From Adineta vaga (Eukaryota; Animalia; Rotifera), in contig CP075493.1 of NCBI GenBank assembly GCA_021613535.1, positions 16,244,001-16,308,000 of the forward strand: a stretch of 64,000 bases of DNA. The letters are read 5' to 3'. Positions 12,235 to 27,256 of this stretch are shown one piece after another. The translations under genes and the position numbers were made by a program. Positions within the stretch are counted from its first letter, which is position 1, and the number at the start of each line of letters is the position of its first letter. Below the pieces are notes generated by a model, which saw only the letters and a program-made list of their open reading frames with translations, was not told the origin of the DNA and did not search any database.

Positions 12235-13429
12235 CGCGTCAACAAATACTTCGTTTAATACAGTGAGTTATATTTCGTAATGTAGTGTTGAAAATATCTA
12301 TAATGATTTTAAATATGAGACATAAAATGAAAAGCAGAAATATATTCTCATTTGATTATTTATTATCATTCCGAGTTCTTTCCGAAGAACTCATTAATGT
12401 ATAATGAAAATACGGTATTTCTTTTGTATAGATAAATATGAAAAAGAAAAAAGAAAAGACTTCCATAATTTGTCCCATCCGTCTCAGTAAATATCATATC
12501 TCTTGTGCTCTTTTAATAGATTTGTCTTCGGGAGTTCTGTCGCAAAAGATTTCTTAGGAAAATGCATTTCTGATAGAAGGCACACCGTCTAATAAAAAGA
12601 AACCCTTAAAAATCTTTCAAAGGTTTCAAAACATATTACATATTCGTACGTCTTTATTTAGGGTTTAGGAATCCATTATGTCGTTTAGAAGACCTTACAG
12701 AAATGGGACGTAGAATTTATGAAGCTAGCGAACTTTCTTTTATGCTCTATTACTCTAGATTTTTGTTTTACAATTTATATTAATAATTTTTCATGAGCCA
12801 GTATGGTACGTTAGCAAAAGTCTATGTATCAACCGCTTCATGTATATCTCCTTTCGTCCTCTGAGTTTTCTTGATTATCTTAGCCCCCGCTAGACATATC
12901 ATATATGGTGGTTTTTATCACCAAGTGTTTAGGAACTTAGTTGTCTCTCAGGAATTTTCATCAAGAATGGCTGAGACGTTCACATACCACTATTACTTTA
13001 TGTACTCACAGTTTTCATTTTGATCCCTAGGATAAAAGACATGTGTGAGGTCGGGCATTGACAACAAGACATATGCTCTATATCAATAACCTTCGGTTCT
13101 TATTTATATTCACATATTCACGCGTAGAACAGATGAAAAAACTATCAAGCAGTGGCGAGGTGATGTAGATATCAGCGGTTAACATCTACATTAAATCCAA
13201 GTGTCAGTTAGAGGTTTGATTCAAAGGATAGATCGCAGAATGTACCATCCGACTGTAGAGATTTTTGTCAACCACTACAAAAGAAGATTAATTCGTTGAT
13301 GCGAAAGATGATAATGATGGTAATGTTTTAGTATCACTTTCAGCGGCAATGAATTTAACAATTGATAAACTAGACAAATATTTAAAATATTTATTGCATT
13401 TTATTTAGAGCATCATACTTGTTTTCTTG

Positions 13430-13669
13430 AGAGCCCGTCGAGTCCAAAAATTTTGGACAGGGGATCGAATTTAGACCCGAACAAGAACTTCTATTATGCT
13501 CACGCTTGTCTGAGTAGCTGTTCTATTTAAAAAGTCGTAATCGTTCTGTTAATGAATGTTGCTGCTCTCGAATCATTTTCATCGATACTAGCGCATTTCT
13601 TGTATTTGTAAGAACATAGAGCTCCTCGGATCTCACAATTTTGGATCCAATCTAGACTCGACGAGCTCT
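13430..13669. mobile_element. hAT-like MITE
   Basis: TIRs AGAGCCCGTCGAGTC / GACTCGACGAGCTCT; the 8-bp flanks TTTTCTTG / ATTTCCTG match at 6 of 8 positions. Confidence 0.55.
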
Positions 13670-14849
13670 ATTTCCTGGTAAAATCTTCAACATAAACTTC
13701 ACTATTTAGCAAAACCAGCAGAACTCTCTTTTTAGGATAATCATAACTCAGCCTACATAAAAAGACAAATCAGTAATGATGATTTTTTTAAACTAACGGA
13801 TGAAGATCATCGTTAAATCCTGATACAATAGAAGAAGTATTGCAGGACAATCATAAGTTATTTTTTATCTAATGACACGATTCATTGGACTTCCACTATA
13901 TGAATCGTACTATACTATATTTAAAGTTTCTATTGATTTACCATAACAATGAATCTTTTGCCCAAATGATTTGATGCGCTCTGTTAACTTTCAAGAAATT
14001 CTTTTTTTAAATTATGTTCAGGACGGATTTTTAATGGGGCTAACGGACCGTATGAGGCACTATAGGAGTTTCCAGGAAACCAATATGACTTTTCCAAAAG
14101 AAAATACGTTTTCAAAACAATGAGTGATTTTTTCAAAGATAGAAATGCGCCTTCTGCAACTGCCTGAACCTGTGATATCTACAACAGTTTCTTGGAACTG
14201 ATAATGATAAAGTTTTCGATATTGGTTTCCTCTCATACCAGATGTCACAAAAAACATACGCACACACGCGTCTATCTCAATGCGGATGTTACGAAAAGCA
14301 CAAACCCTTGTCTCTGTCAATATGGGTGTCATCAGATACCTTTTTGAACACAACTCCTGTGTTTGTGCCACAGTTCCGATTTATTGGAATCCAACTGCCT
14401 ATTAGAAAAACGGGATTACCGGAAGTTCACCAGATACATTTTTTAATGATACTAAGCGCGGTTTCCATATACTATGCAGAATACAATATCCCCTATCCCT
14501 ATGAACGCCTAAAGCTCTATTCGATTTTCGCCAATATACTCACTGGATATCCGCCAATGACTGGTGAAAGTCGAAACTGGCGAAGTTTCGGAATCCCAAA
14601 AAATATTTGGTAGAAAAATGATATTTCAAAAGGAAAATATTTTCAGAAAACTAATTAGCTAACAGTGCACCGATTTTCGAGCAAAATATACCCTTGAACA
14701 AAGTAGGTACGATAATGCCCATTATTCGCATTAAAGATCCATTCTAAACATAAGTTTGTAAAACAGTTTTCTGCAAGCTAATAGTACGCATTAAATCGTT
14801 TACAGAAAGTTTTTTGATGAAATGTTTTCTTTTCCTTAAGTGCATAGCC

Positions 14850-15335
14850 GTTAGAAGAGAGGTTTCATCGAAGAAAGTTACCGATTTATACTTACTTATC
14901 ATATCGAAGAATTCAAGCTGTCATCTTAGAGCATCTATAATGACGATAGATTGCTTCAGTTATTCAAGTGTTTCAGGTTCTTATTCTCAGCAGAGGTAAT
15001 GGAATACTAGATTAGCGAAACCTTCAAATGCCTTCGCATTTCTATGGGTTAGGACTAAAATATCGGAATGCTAAGTGAAGCGATGTTGACATAATCAGAA
15101 TGAAATACATTATTCTCGGTCAGTGTTTTCAATTTGTTTCAGTTAGGAATGTCATATCCTTGTTAAAATCCAATGAAAAGAGAAATTATTTGAAGGTTTT
15201 GCTCGTCTAGTATCCACCTACTTATAATGAAAATAGGAACCGATCTACATGAGAGGTATTCGAAGATTACAGCTTAGATCTTCACTATGTCAGGTACTAC
15301 TCACGAATTTTCTTCGACCAAACCTGTTTTGTCCC
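14850..15335. repeat. Old, degenerate foldback element
   Basis: Nested inverted blocks, for example GAATACTAGATTAGCGAAACCTTCAAAT (~15002) with ATTTGAAGGTTTTGCTCGTCTAGTATCC (~15188), and AAGCTGTCATCTT (~14914) with AAGATTACAGCTT (~15263). Confidence 0.55.
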
Positions 15336-17738
15336 AATTATACACGTAAATAGTAAAAAAATACGCTATAAGAAGGAATTTTCTCTAGAAAAATATTTGG
15401 TTTCCCTTGAATTTACCAAATAACAGAAAAATAGGTAAGAAGAAAAAGCTATAATGGCAATGAGATTTATGCTCGATAGTAGCTGGAAAAACAACGTTGT
15501 GCGATATGCAGCTGGTTACTGGCAAGATTTATTTACATCTATCTTTAACTTTAAACAAAAAGCAAGTGGCAAGCGTAACATAAAAGCAATCTCCTTAACG
15601 ACTTAAAAAACAGTAATGAACAGCAATATATTTAGTGCTACGTATTAGAAAAGAAAAGCGGTAGTCAACGCTTATTTTCTCTTGACAAAAAGAGAGAGAA
15701 AGAGAAAAACCATTCTAGAATAGAATGATTGTTATAAGTATCTTTTGGATAGCAGAAACATTTAAAAGAGCAACCTGGTGTTGAAACAATTGTTTGCTTT
15801 TTCTATATACACAATTGGACAACATATTAGACATATACCAAGAATATTAGCTTATATTGCATGGCAATGGATACCTTTTTCCGCATAAGCAAAGTTAGTA
15901 AACCCCCTATAATAGAAGCCCCTGGAAGATTTAAATATGTGGGAGTTTAATAGATCCAAGATTCTCTTGCGAATATCTGCCTAGATACTTGAAATATGGT
16001 TAAGACTTCTGCGAAAAATAGGGAACAACATTCTTCACCAAATAATATCAGTTGAACAGAGGATCATCGATTAAATATGGGGTGTTTCTCCCAATATTGT
16101 TCACTGCTATTCAACTAGCCGTTTGAAACCAAAGATGTGCGGGCGCACATTTCTGGTTCCTCTCCGATCCCGCTTTTCTCGTCAATTTCTCGACGAGAAA
16201 TCAGGAGCGTCACGATCTGACAAAAATAGAAGGGAAGCGGCTGACTACTTTTTTGAAAAGTTCTAAAAATCATCGAAGTTCTTCTGAAAAACTCGAGAAT
16301 TCTCTTAAAACTTTCGTAGCATGTGTCGAGAAAAACAAGGATACTTTTGACTATCAGATTGGAGAGGATGAATGCATTGCTGGACGCAACTCGTTAATCT
16401 TTTTATGGTGATAAAACGTTAGTCGAAATTCAGATTTACGACATTAGTCCTTCAAATGAGTCACAGTCGTTTGAAGCAATAAAATATCGTTCATCTTTGG
16501 TGATTGATATTATTTATCCTTTGACATATGATGACACTGGCTAAACTCAATGTACATTCTACTGTTGAAGAAAAGGCAAGAATGGAAACATTTTTTGTTA
16601 ATTTCGACCATAAAACAGTTTTTAGTTGTTTCCGAAACTATGATAGTTTATCGTTTTCAAAATTCATCAAATCCTTTTATTTTTCTCTATTGAATTAGCA
16701 GCTAAGGTTCATTATAAAGAGCAATAAAAATTTTAAAAAAACAGATAAGAAATCAGCTTCTAACTGATAGAATAAAAGTAATCAATGTAATTATGAACAT
16801 CCTATTACACTGTGTCGTAAGAAACCATCGGTTCTTTCTGACGATCCTGTGTAGTTCCTCAAAAAACCCTTATTTTTATAGAGTGAAACTGTTTGTTTAT
16901 AACATCAGCTGCCTTGAACCGGTCGTGAGTTTAACATACGCGGGTGAGGGTTTGTGTCTGGATAAAAGTAGCATATTTACGGATCAATTCTCTCTCACCG
17001 TATACAAACTTTTTTACGCTATGGGAAAATGATTAACAAATAGTACTGTTTTCTAAATATACTAGTCATTAAACTCCGTCAGAACAAATACACTGAACTA
17101 ATCCTGTTTCACATTTTCAACCCCACAAGCGATTGCGCTAATAGTTGCTTATGTATATTCTATCGTGATTCGCTCGCTTTCTTCGATTCTATCGAGCTCT
17201 GTTCTGGATGGATCCATGGAGAGTTCGATCAACTCTAGAAAATACACTGATTAAAATGGGTGGGTGTTCCCTATTCATCCCATCCTCATACTTTCAAGAT
17301 TGTGGATATGATGGAATGCACAGAACTAGATCAATCTAAGATAAACAAATCCTCACCGATACGCCAGAGATGTCCATCACGGTAGAAAATTGAAACTTGT
17401 CGCACCCCAACCTAGAAAAATGTTGTAAGTTTTACAACTGAGATTGTTTAGAATTAGTAGAATCATGGTTTTACACATCCAAAAGATGAAATTTTGTTCA
17501 AATGCATGCATTTTCGATTGATCCTCCGCAAAAAACCTACCGCTATCGCGAAAGTTATGTAAAAAATTCGAGTACTGTTGCGCCGCACCGCGACGATAAT
17601 ATGAAAAAGGCCATCACTACCACGCCACCATGGAAATCTCTTTGATACACTTAATAGAGTGACATCGTAATGTGTCACAGTAAAATATTGGAAATTTATT
17701 TTTAGATATAAATATAATAAAACAGTTAGAAGAATAAG

Positions 17739-20700
17739 ATGCTTAAATATTATCGAATCCGTCAGTATATACTGGACCAAAATTTCTACAACACAGAAAC
17801 AAATGATGAACATATTAAGAAAAAGGAACGTCTATCAAGTCGGCTTTATTTAATATTACTTATAATCATTTTGTATGCATATGCTTTTTATATAGCATCA
17901 ACTATTCAAATTACTTCCATTTTTGTTGCTAAACCATCTATAGAACAGTATAAAGAGTTGATCAGACAATATCCCAATACATTAAAATGTTCATGTGAAC
18001 GAATTAGTATTTCATATGGAGAATTTCTTAACATTTTACCTGTTTATCATCCAATTTGTTCGTCGGATTTTGTTAGTCAACAATGGATTGATTATTTATT
18101 TTATGAAAATAGTAGTTATTATTTTCAACTTGATTTTCGTCATAGTGCATCAGCTCAATTTCAAATTCTTCGTGCTTTATGCGAACAAGCAGAACTGATT
18201 GTTAATTATAGCCTCACTCAATTTTATTCCAATCAATTCATCACAAATCAACTCATTTCTATGGAAACATTTAATATTCAAACAAACGCATTTATTGATC
18301 TGTTCAAACGAACCACATCACCATTATTTGTCGACATATTGACTTTGACTCGACGAATATTTCTTGAACAGCTCTTCATTTCAGGAATGGGAACATTTTA
18401 TACTGTTAAATGCTGTCGTAACGGTGATCTTACCAATATAATAATAGATGCAATTTTTTATCATGAAACCAATCATAAATACTTCACTTGTATTTGTATT
18501 GATGCATTTGTTTGTAAACTGCCAGAAGGTATTTATACTAATATAATCAAATATGACTATGCTGGATCTGATCCATCGTACGGTAACATGCCGCAATATT
18601 CAAATACTTACAACGTTAATGCTACATTTCTATTACCTGGTATGTTTGTTGGTTGCACTGCTAGTGAATCGTTATTATTTTCAACACCTGAATGTCTATA
18701 TACAGAAACATGTTTAAATCAAATTGGTTCTTATATTAATTATACATCAATATCAGTTCATTCATTTTCTAAATTAAATGAATCTTTATCTACATCACAA
18801 ATAACTTATGAAACATTAATAAATAATTTATTTGTTCAAAACTGGATTATTAATGAATCTTTTAATGATTATTTTCATCAATGTCAACCATTAAATTGTC
18901 AATATATAAATGAAGTAGGACAAAGCTGGACTTCTATTTTGGCTTTAGTTATTAGTTTGTATGGTGGATTAAGTAGTCTTTTACCATTGATCATTCTAAT
19001 TATCATCAATTTTGTTGCTAAGCGACATCAACATCGCTCACCAACAGTTGACGTCATTTCAGTTAACGGTAGGTTTGATTTATATTTAACTGTTCTAATT
19101 ATAAGAAATATCGATTTAATGAATGGTATAACATGGGTAGTCGTGTTCTACACTTTCTTCATTATTTACTTTAAAATACATACATATGATGGATATACGT
19201 GCAGTCAAATGTATTTGCTTATTTTAAATAATAGGAATGAAGAAAGTCCATGCTGTACATTCTAAAACGACGCTGGACTAATCTTTCGTTCACTTTTTCA
19301 AAAAAAGGATTTATCTTACGCAAGGAATAAAACATGTGATAACAAAGTCTAATCTGTGAAAAGCTCTTCAATTACAGTCGAAAAAGTGATGTTCTTCTTT
19401 ATTTTCAATACTAGCGGAGATAGACGATGTTAGCGTACAACCTTCCAGTTTGAGAACTTCATATGTTAGAAAGGCATAGGGGATACAGCGAGGGTCGTGC
19501 TTGAAATTTTTCATCTATCACCACGACATATCCCGTCGTGCATCTTCGATAGAACAACTTATACTATATAGCATTTCAAAACACCCATTTTCTTATAGTC
19601 ATCGCTATGAAATCCATTCCTTGTCTCAGTCATTCCGTTTCAACTCTGTTTTCGGTTCATTTCGGATCCAAAACGCCTTATATTTCAGGTTAAAGTTCCA
19701 TCCATCGCGAACACGATAAGGTACAGTCGTTCCACAAATATTATGTGGAGAGTGAGCAACTTACTTTTGAATTTCTCTCTCTTTCGTTTAACACAACCGG
19801 ATCAGTACGAAAACGTAGTGATAGATGGAAACTCTGAAGATCGATCAAATAAGTTAATCAAAAGTTGGTCAAATTTCAACCACACCCCGTCTCGCATCCT
19901 ATCTCAACTTTTACTTGTACATACGGTAGTGTCATGGACAGTTTGGTAATCTTAGCTATCACATAACCACATGGGTAAAATGTCACCCAGCCACTTTCTG
20001 TCAACGCCGACTGATATCCCCAACCCTCTCTTCAACCTTCATTGGACCTAAGGAAGTGCTATGGAAACTTTCGGAACGTTAGCTATTATAGGGACTCAAT
20101 CCGTAGCGCAGATACAGACAAATCACAACTCGTTGAGATAATCAGTTGATCAAATGACTTCATAGAAGTCCCTCATCTTCTAATTAAAAACCTACCTTAG
20201 AAGAAGCGAGATGATGGATGCGTTAGAAGCTCCCCGAGAGTTTCTGATATGAGAAAAGGGTTCTGTTATGATTGGCAGAATTGAAAATTCGCTAACTCAA
20301 CTACTAAAACAGTTAGGAGCCCTTGAGTGCTGAGTTACTTAATTTTTACAGTTTTCTTCTTAATTCTGTCACAATGAATAATTAACTTACGTCTTTTGAA
20401 GGCTTAACGCTCTTTTACTAATTTTCATTGTATCGCTTTTTCATATTAAATAGTGTCTATGAAAGCTCGTTGGAATCAATTAATAGAACAAATTGTCAAT
20501 TATCTTAAGAAATTAAATATATATCAGAGCAAATCAAATGATGAACATATCAAACAAAATGAAATATTATCAACAAGAGTTGTTTTTATTGCATTACCAA
20601 TTTTGTTAATTATTTTCGGTATATATTTATCATTAGATAAACAAACTAAAATCATAACTATTGATAATCCAACACAAAATCAATATGAACAGCTTGAAAA

Positions 20701-23700
20701 CAATTCAGTTAATAATCTACAATGTCCATGCAGTCACATATCAATTAAATACAATAAATTTATATCTTTTCAACCAAGGTATCATCAAATATGTTCAAGT
20801 ATATTTGTATCTGAATTGTGGCTCGATAATATATATTGGGCAGGTACTGTTTCCACAGTTTATACTGATTTCAGATATCTATCAAGTTCGTTTTTTAAAT
20901 TTTTATCAATATTATGTGAAGCAGCTGGTGAAACTGTAGTTAACAGCTTAATTATCTTCAATGCTAATGATTATTTAACATCAGAAGTTGTTTCACCTGA
21001 TATCTTTAGTAACGAAGTAACTTCATTCATTGAATTATTCATAACTACAACACAAAGATTATTTCAACTTCGCATAAATTTAATTCGATCGCTTATATCT
21101 GGAAATCAACTGATTAATCTGAGAAGTACAAACAGTATGCTCCAACGTTTTGATGGTAATTATGGTGTAGAATATCATGCAGTTATACGTACACTTAGTT
21201 TATGCTCGTGTGCTACTAATCTGTTATGCAAACAACCAATGCGTTTTACTTCTTCTGTTGAGCAATATTATATATTGGGAATATTTCAAGCTTGTTTTGT
21301 TGTCGATACAGTATTATTCTCAACAACAGAATGTTTTTTTAGCGACGATTGCATTAATAGATTGAAGTCTGCTATGATTCCAACAGCGATCATATATAAA
21401 TATTTAAAAACATTGAATACGTCCACATCAAGTCAATATCAAGCAAATACAACAATCGAAATAATTGCTAATAATTTATTTGTTGATGATTGGAATGTAA
21501 TCTCTTCTTACAGTCACTATTATGAGCAATGTCAACCATCTTATTGTTCATATACTATAGAAGAAAAACCAAGTCAAATATATGTATTAACAAAATTATT
21601 TTCTATATATGGAGGTTTAATGGTTCTTATGAAGATGTCTGTATCAATTCTTATTAATTTTATTAGACGAAAACCAGTACAGACAATAGGTAACATTTCT
21701 GTTTTCATTTTCATTTTATTATAGAGATATAAATGTTAGAAGATAGTGGATTATGAGTCAACTAGCTCGAGTTTTACTATTAGAATAGAGATAATAGGCT
21801 ACATGAATGCAGTAAACATTTTGATTGATCCATGAATTTCTCGATCGATCGAGTGTTGGTTATGTGCTTTTTCGATATGCTTGCGTAATACTGTTTCTAT
21901 TTTAATATCAAGATTCAACATGAGAACTGAATAGAACACAATTGTTATCGCTTTCGATTTGTACAAAATCAGGCTCTACAGCTTTACTTGTTTACTACGT
22001 ATAATACATTTTTATAGACTCTTTAAATCAACGAAATAATCTCTAAACATTTTAAAATATGTTAGATCATTGAGTAACCAATCTACAAAAATGATGTGTA
22101 GTTTTTGTATCATAAGAGATAAATCTCTTAATCATCATGAGACACAGCCAGGATCGATCTATCTTTTCGAGTCTCTTTTATGCATAGATGTTCATGATGA
22201 CGCGGTAGGATGTTTTTCGGATCAACCAAAAACTCATGAATTTGAAGAGAATTTTAATGTTTGTAAGTGTAATACCATGAAACTCCATGGATCTCCTCGA
22301 TTACTAGTGGTTCTAAACAATCTCAGTATAAAACTCACAACATTTTCTAGCAATCATCGCAGTAGCGAAAGCGATCAGTTTTCTGCCGCGATAGACATCT
22401 CTGGTTGTATGTTTTATGTCAACATAGAGAAAACTTCTATCAAGTTTAGTCATGTTACAATATAAACTATATTAGGATTCGTACTCTGCCACATGGTATC
22501 TTCACAGACATAAGATATCATAATGATGAGTATTTTTGAATTGAAAAAAACTGAAATCATAATTCACACGAAATGATTAATAGATTGATATTCTTCTTGA
22601 TAAGTATTAAAGTATCACTAATGTCCATTATAATGATACGTTTTCTTCCATAATTACATTATACATAACTTGTCGGTACATATAAGAATCTTTTCTTCTG
22701 AGAATAAAAATCAAAACTTAATTGAAAGAGTAAAACTTATATCTCCAAAATCAAAACTATCTAAAGTCATAAAAACCCAAACACGATACTATAGAAAATC
22801 CTAATTCTACAACTTTTAGGTGAAATTTGACATTGTAATATAGATTAGTCATGTTTGATAGACCGATGGTAATACCCATCACCAAAAATGACCATCTGTT
22901 CTACTTTCTGTAAGCTACTTAAGATATGAACAATGAAGAGTTTATACAATATACTACAACGTAGATATTTATAATAACTTCGTAGTCAAATAAGAAGATG
23001 ATATGAACTATCGTTCAGCATAGATTTTCACTTTTAATTATATACTAATTATTTTTAGCAATACCATTGAGTAATCGAATTAAGCAAATTTTTCCATTAG
23101 CCAAAAAAAATTTATTAGATTTAAATTTATTTCAAACTTCTTCGACAAATAATCAAATTATTAAAGAACAAATTTATTCAAGTCGATTTTATATAATTAG
23201 TTTAATAATTATTTTTCCTATTCTTCTATCATATGTGCTATTAAATAAAAAAACAGTAACTATTACGATAGAATTACATAGTTTAAATCAATATAATAGT
23301 TTACGAATGAAATATCCAACAACAATTACCTGTCCTTGCACGGATATTTCTATACGTTATGATCGATTTATAGAAGTTAATCCATTTTATCATCAAATAT
23401 GTTCATCTGATTTTGTCAATCAACAATGGTTTGACTATTTATATGATGAAACCAAAATTTACGAGAAAAGTTATCATAGTACGGCTTCGGCCCAATTTCA
23501 AATTCTTTCATCATTATGTAAACAAGCACAAGTGGCTGTAAATAATAGTCTTATACAATTTTATTCAACAAAATTAATTAGTGGTCAATTAATACCTTCG
23601 GATTTATTACAAATTCAAGTTAATACAACCGTTAATTCCTTTAAAAAAGCAATGCCACAAACATTTAAACAAGCATTGAATATGATCAGCAGTCTTATTC

Positions 23701-24332
23701 ATGGTAATACATTTATAACATCATATGAATCAAACTGGAAATTCACTGTATTAGGTACTTATTCAGGTGCACCTATTTATACAAATCCTCAATCGTATGG
23801 CAACTCATGTAGTTGTGCCACTTCATTAAAATGCTCACAAGAAGTAATACTTACTGGTAATTTAAATTCAACATTATCTGGTTTGTTTATTGGTTGTTAT
23901 CCACTTGAATCATTATTGCAATCATCATTAGAATGTTTATATAATCAACAATGTTTGAATTTAATAATAGATTCTTTTCAAAATCAAATATCCAATGGTG
24001 ATGATTTTAAAATACTTAACTTATCTTCATTATTAAAAAGTTCCTATCAGAGAAATGAAACGGTTGAACAAATAGTCGATCGATTATTTGTTGACGAATG
24101 GAATAGCAGTCATTCTTACCAAAATTATTATGAACAATGCCATCCGTCGCAATGTACTTACTCATACATTCAAAATTCTGATCTACTTTATATAATAACA
24201 ACAATTGTGGGTTTATATGGTGGGATAACGATTATATTAAAAATTCTCTCAAAAATGATAATTCATTTTGTTTTCTCGGTGAAAAACCGTGAACAGACAG
24301 TGATTGTACCAATTTCACCATCAACTAATTAA
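17739..24332 (+). CDS. Membrane protein of three tandem [TM1 - Cys-rich ectodomain - TM2] modules, ~1279 aa, 6 TM; candidate concatenated DEG/ENaC/P2X-topology channel
   Basis: Three exons (17739-19068, 20454-21689, 23059-24332) joined by phase-1 GT-AG introns, one module per exon. Shared motifs: R(L/V/F).. TM1, C.C..ISI.Y..F....P.YH.ICSS.FV...W, F..L..LC, C.C...C, (G/A)C......L.S..EC....C, LFV..W.....Y..QC.P..C.Y, then TM2 with (L/I)YGG(L/I). The channel function is inferred. Confidence 0.85.
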
Positions 24333-24726
24333 TATTGAAACAATGCTTTATGTGTTGTATATGCTTCTTCTATATCTTATTATTAAAAAGGACGTATTAA
24401 TAATAAAACAATTGACACGAGTTGACAGTCTTGTCTCTAGTCTTTCTAGGTTTTTGTTTGATCAGGCAAAAAATGCGTTACCAGATAAGATTCTCGTGTA
24501 CTCATATGCTTGTCTGATTCTCTTTCATCCTTATAATTATTGCGTGACTCTTGACTTCTCGAACTGCTTGCCTGATTCTTTTTCTCTTTTTCGCTTTATG
24601 TCTTACATATTTATTTGAAAGAACAATAAATTTGAAAAAAAATCTATTCATATAAAGATCAAGAAAGAAAAATATTGAAGACATTTTATGTACATGAAAA
24701 TTAAAAAAATTGAAAGGATATGGTTG

Positions 24727-24784
24727 TGAGGGTGAGGGTGGATTAGAGCATGTTGCCTTGGCTCTCAGTCACCCATACCATCAA
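24727..24784. repeat. Degenerate telomere-repeat-flanked cassette with a different core
   Basis: TGAGGGTGAGGGTGG-ATTAGAGCATGTTGCCTTGGCTCTCAGTC-ACCCATACCATCAA. Confidence 0.5.
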
Positions 24785-27256
24785 AATTCTATTCTTTTTT
24801 ATGGGATGCACTTAAACAAGCGTATGTATGTCGTAACATGATGACGAAGAAAAGACAAAGTTTTGATAGTGCTATCTTTCTGCGAATCGGTGATAGATGG
24901 AAAAAGAAATTCATTTGGTGTTTTATAACTCACACCTTGATATGTTTACAGCTAAAACTAGTTTTCAGAATGGACGCTTTGTTATTAGAAAAAAATCGAT
25001 TTTACCAATGTAACGCAATGATGCTGTTTTTCAAACCAGAGTTTTCTATACCTATTTTAGAGATATTTCTTGCTACGTAAGGTTAATATAGTGTACTTTC
25101 TGCCATAATTATACAGAATTAGCATTTAATTTGGTACTATTAACCGTTTTAATCTAAAAAATGATCGGTAACAAATTACATAGAGAATATCAACATGTCG
25201 AAGACAAAAGATACTTTTCTATTTTCTTCATAGAAAATTTATTTGAAACATCAAAGCAAGTACATATTTAGAATCAGCACGTAAAGCTGCATTGAATACA
25301 TATGATTAGATTGAAAAATAGGAACGTTGATTTTTTTCGAAATTTTGACAGACATTAAACATTGAAGAAAAAATGCAAAATAACGTCATCGATTTACGAA
25401 AGAATTTGACAAAGTGTGATCTTTCGTAAATAAAAATATATCCAGTAAAAGCCCACAAAAAATTAGCCTTAGGTATGTATTCTGCGAAGAAAACTGTTGG
25501 GTCATATTAGTGAAAAATCAACTATAGTGACTTTTCGTAACGCGATGATAATATAAATATACTCAGAAGGTGACGGCGGATATTTTGAATTCCGAATCCA
25601 AATGAAAGTTCTGGGAGTATGGTGCGAATCTCGGGAGTATGAAAGCCGCCGCTTCCCTCTAAGGTCAGTATCAAAGATGGGCAAGTCAAGTCCAAAACTG
25701 TAAGGTTGAATAGATAAACACCGCGTATAAATAATTGTTTGTATTCCGAACAAACTTCATTAATATGATATATATATATATAATTTGAAATTGAATTTAT
25801 ATCAATAATAGTATTTTGTTCGGATTACTTCGACATGCACAGTAATCAAGATGAAAATAATGATGATAAATGACATTTTGTTGTTTTACTATTCGTGAAA
25901 CAGTAGCGAGTCATTTTTGTCTTTTTGTAATCACGTGCTGTATTTTCATATGAAATATATTTTTAAATGGGACAAATGAGAGTTAGTTTTTGTTTATCGT
26001 TTATTTAGTACCGCCTGATATTTTTACTGGAGCAAAACTTAAACAGTCTTCTATTTTTCGCTTTTCACATCACATTAAATTTCATGTGCATATATGTACC
26101 CTTTGGCACATTTTTCTTACGAAGACAAGATGTACATGTCGCTTTGCTTACAAAACTAAAATATACACATACATTTTGTTTTAGATTGGCATTAGAAACA
26201 CTAATATCCTATGAATACAGTAATTAATCTAGTTCTTGCCAATAAAATATTTGAAATTCATGAATAAGGTGTGAAATCGACAGAATTCATCGTCTTCGAT
26301 GTGCAGCCAACATTGGTTTAACTGGAACCATGACTGATGCGAGTCGGCACATGTTTTCATAGTATTTTTAGCAAATTTATATGGTTTTAGGGGTTTTGGG
26401 TATAAAGGAAGTGACTTTTGGAAAATCGGATGATTGGAGTCGATAGAGCTCATCGATTTATATCTGGAACCAAGGCCATAATCTTTTGGAACAGGTCTCA
26501 AGGCGAATCGCCCACGGATGTTCTCTGAATTCGACGTTTTTTTTATGTTTTTTCGCAGTTTTTTGGGTTTTTGAAGGCTAGGAAAGTGAGTTGTTGAAAA
26601 TTCTTTTTTTGGAATCGATAGAGCTCATCAAGTTCTACTTGGAACCAGTGAGGTCTCAGTTGGAACGCATAGCAAAAGGAACAAATCCTGGAAAAACTCG
26701 ACTCCGTCGCCAAGATATTCTACGTCTCCAGTGGTATACTATTTCATCATTGTTATTGCAATGATTCTGTTAGTTTCGAGGTAGCAATATTGCGTTGTTT
26801 CTATACTTTGCATCACTAACAGCAATTACAATGGTCTTATTTTTACTAGTTTTTTTTTGCATTCAAGTAATATCACATTTATCTCGCTTTACAGCTGGTA
26901 CAAAAACTTAGAAGTGTAATTAAAACAAAGTTTGTTTTGTTACCAGTAGTTTTTTTTCTCTCATATTCTACATTATGTGTTACTTTTATTTAATGTTGTT
27001 ACTTCAGTAGTAACAGGTTTGTGTTTGTAAAAGAATTCGCTAGTCAACATAGAACAGTGCTTTATACACATTTCATGAAGAGAATAAAACTATCGTTACA
27101 TAGGACCTGTGAGAATTAGTAGTGTAATAATTCATATGAAGAAGTATAAGCATCCCATTCGATATGATGAGAATTTATGTATTGAAATTTTGTTGTGTGA
27201 CATTAACATTCTACTCTAAAGGAAAAATGAGTTTTCCCTAACCTATACAAACGGTT

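Noticed and set aside
14031-14733. ORFs 14060-14371 and 14242-14613, and a possible TTAA-flanked element
   Set aside because: No recognisable domains, and the terminal repeats are too degenerate to support an element call.
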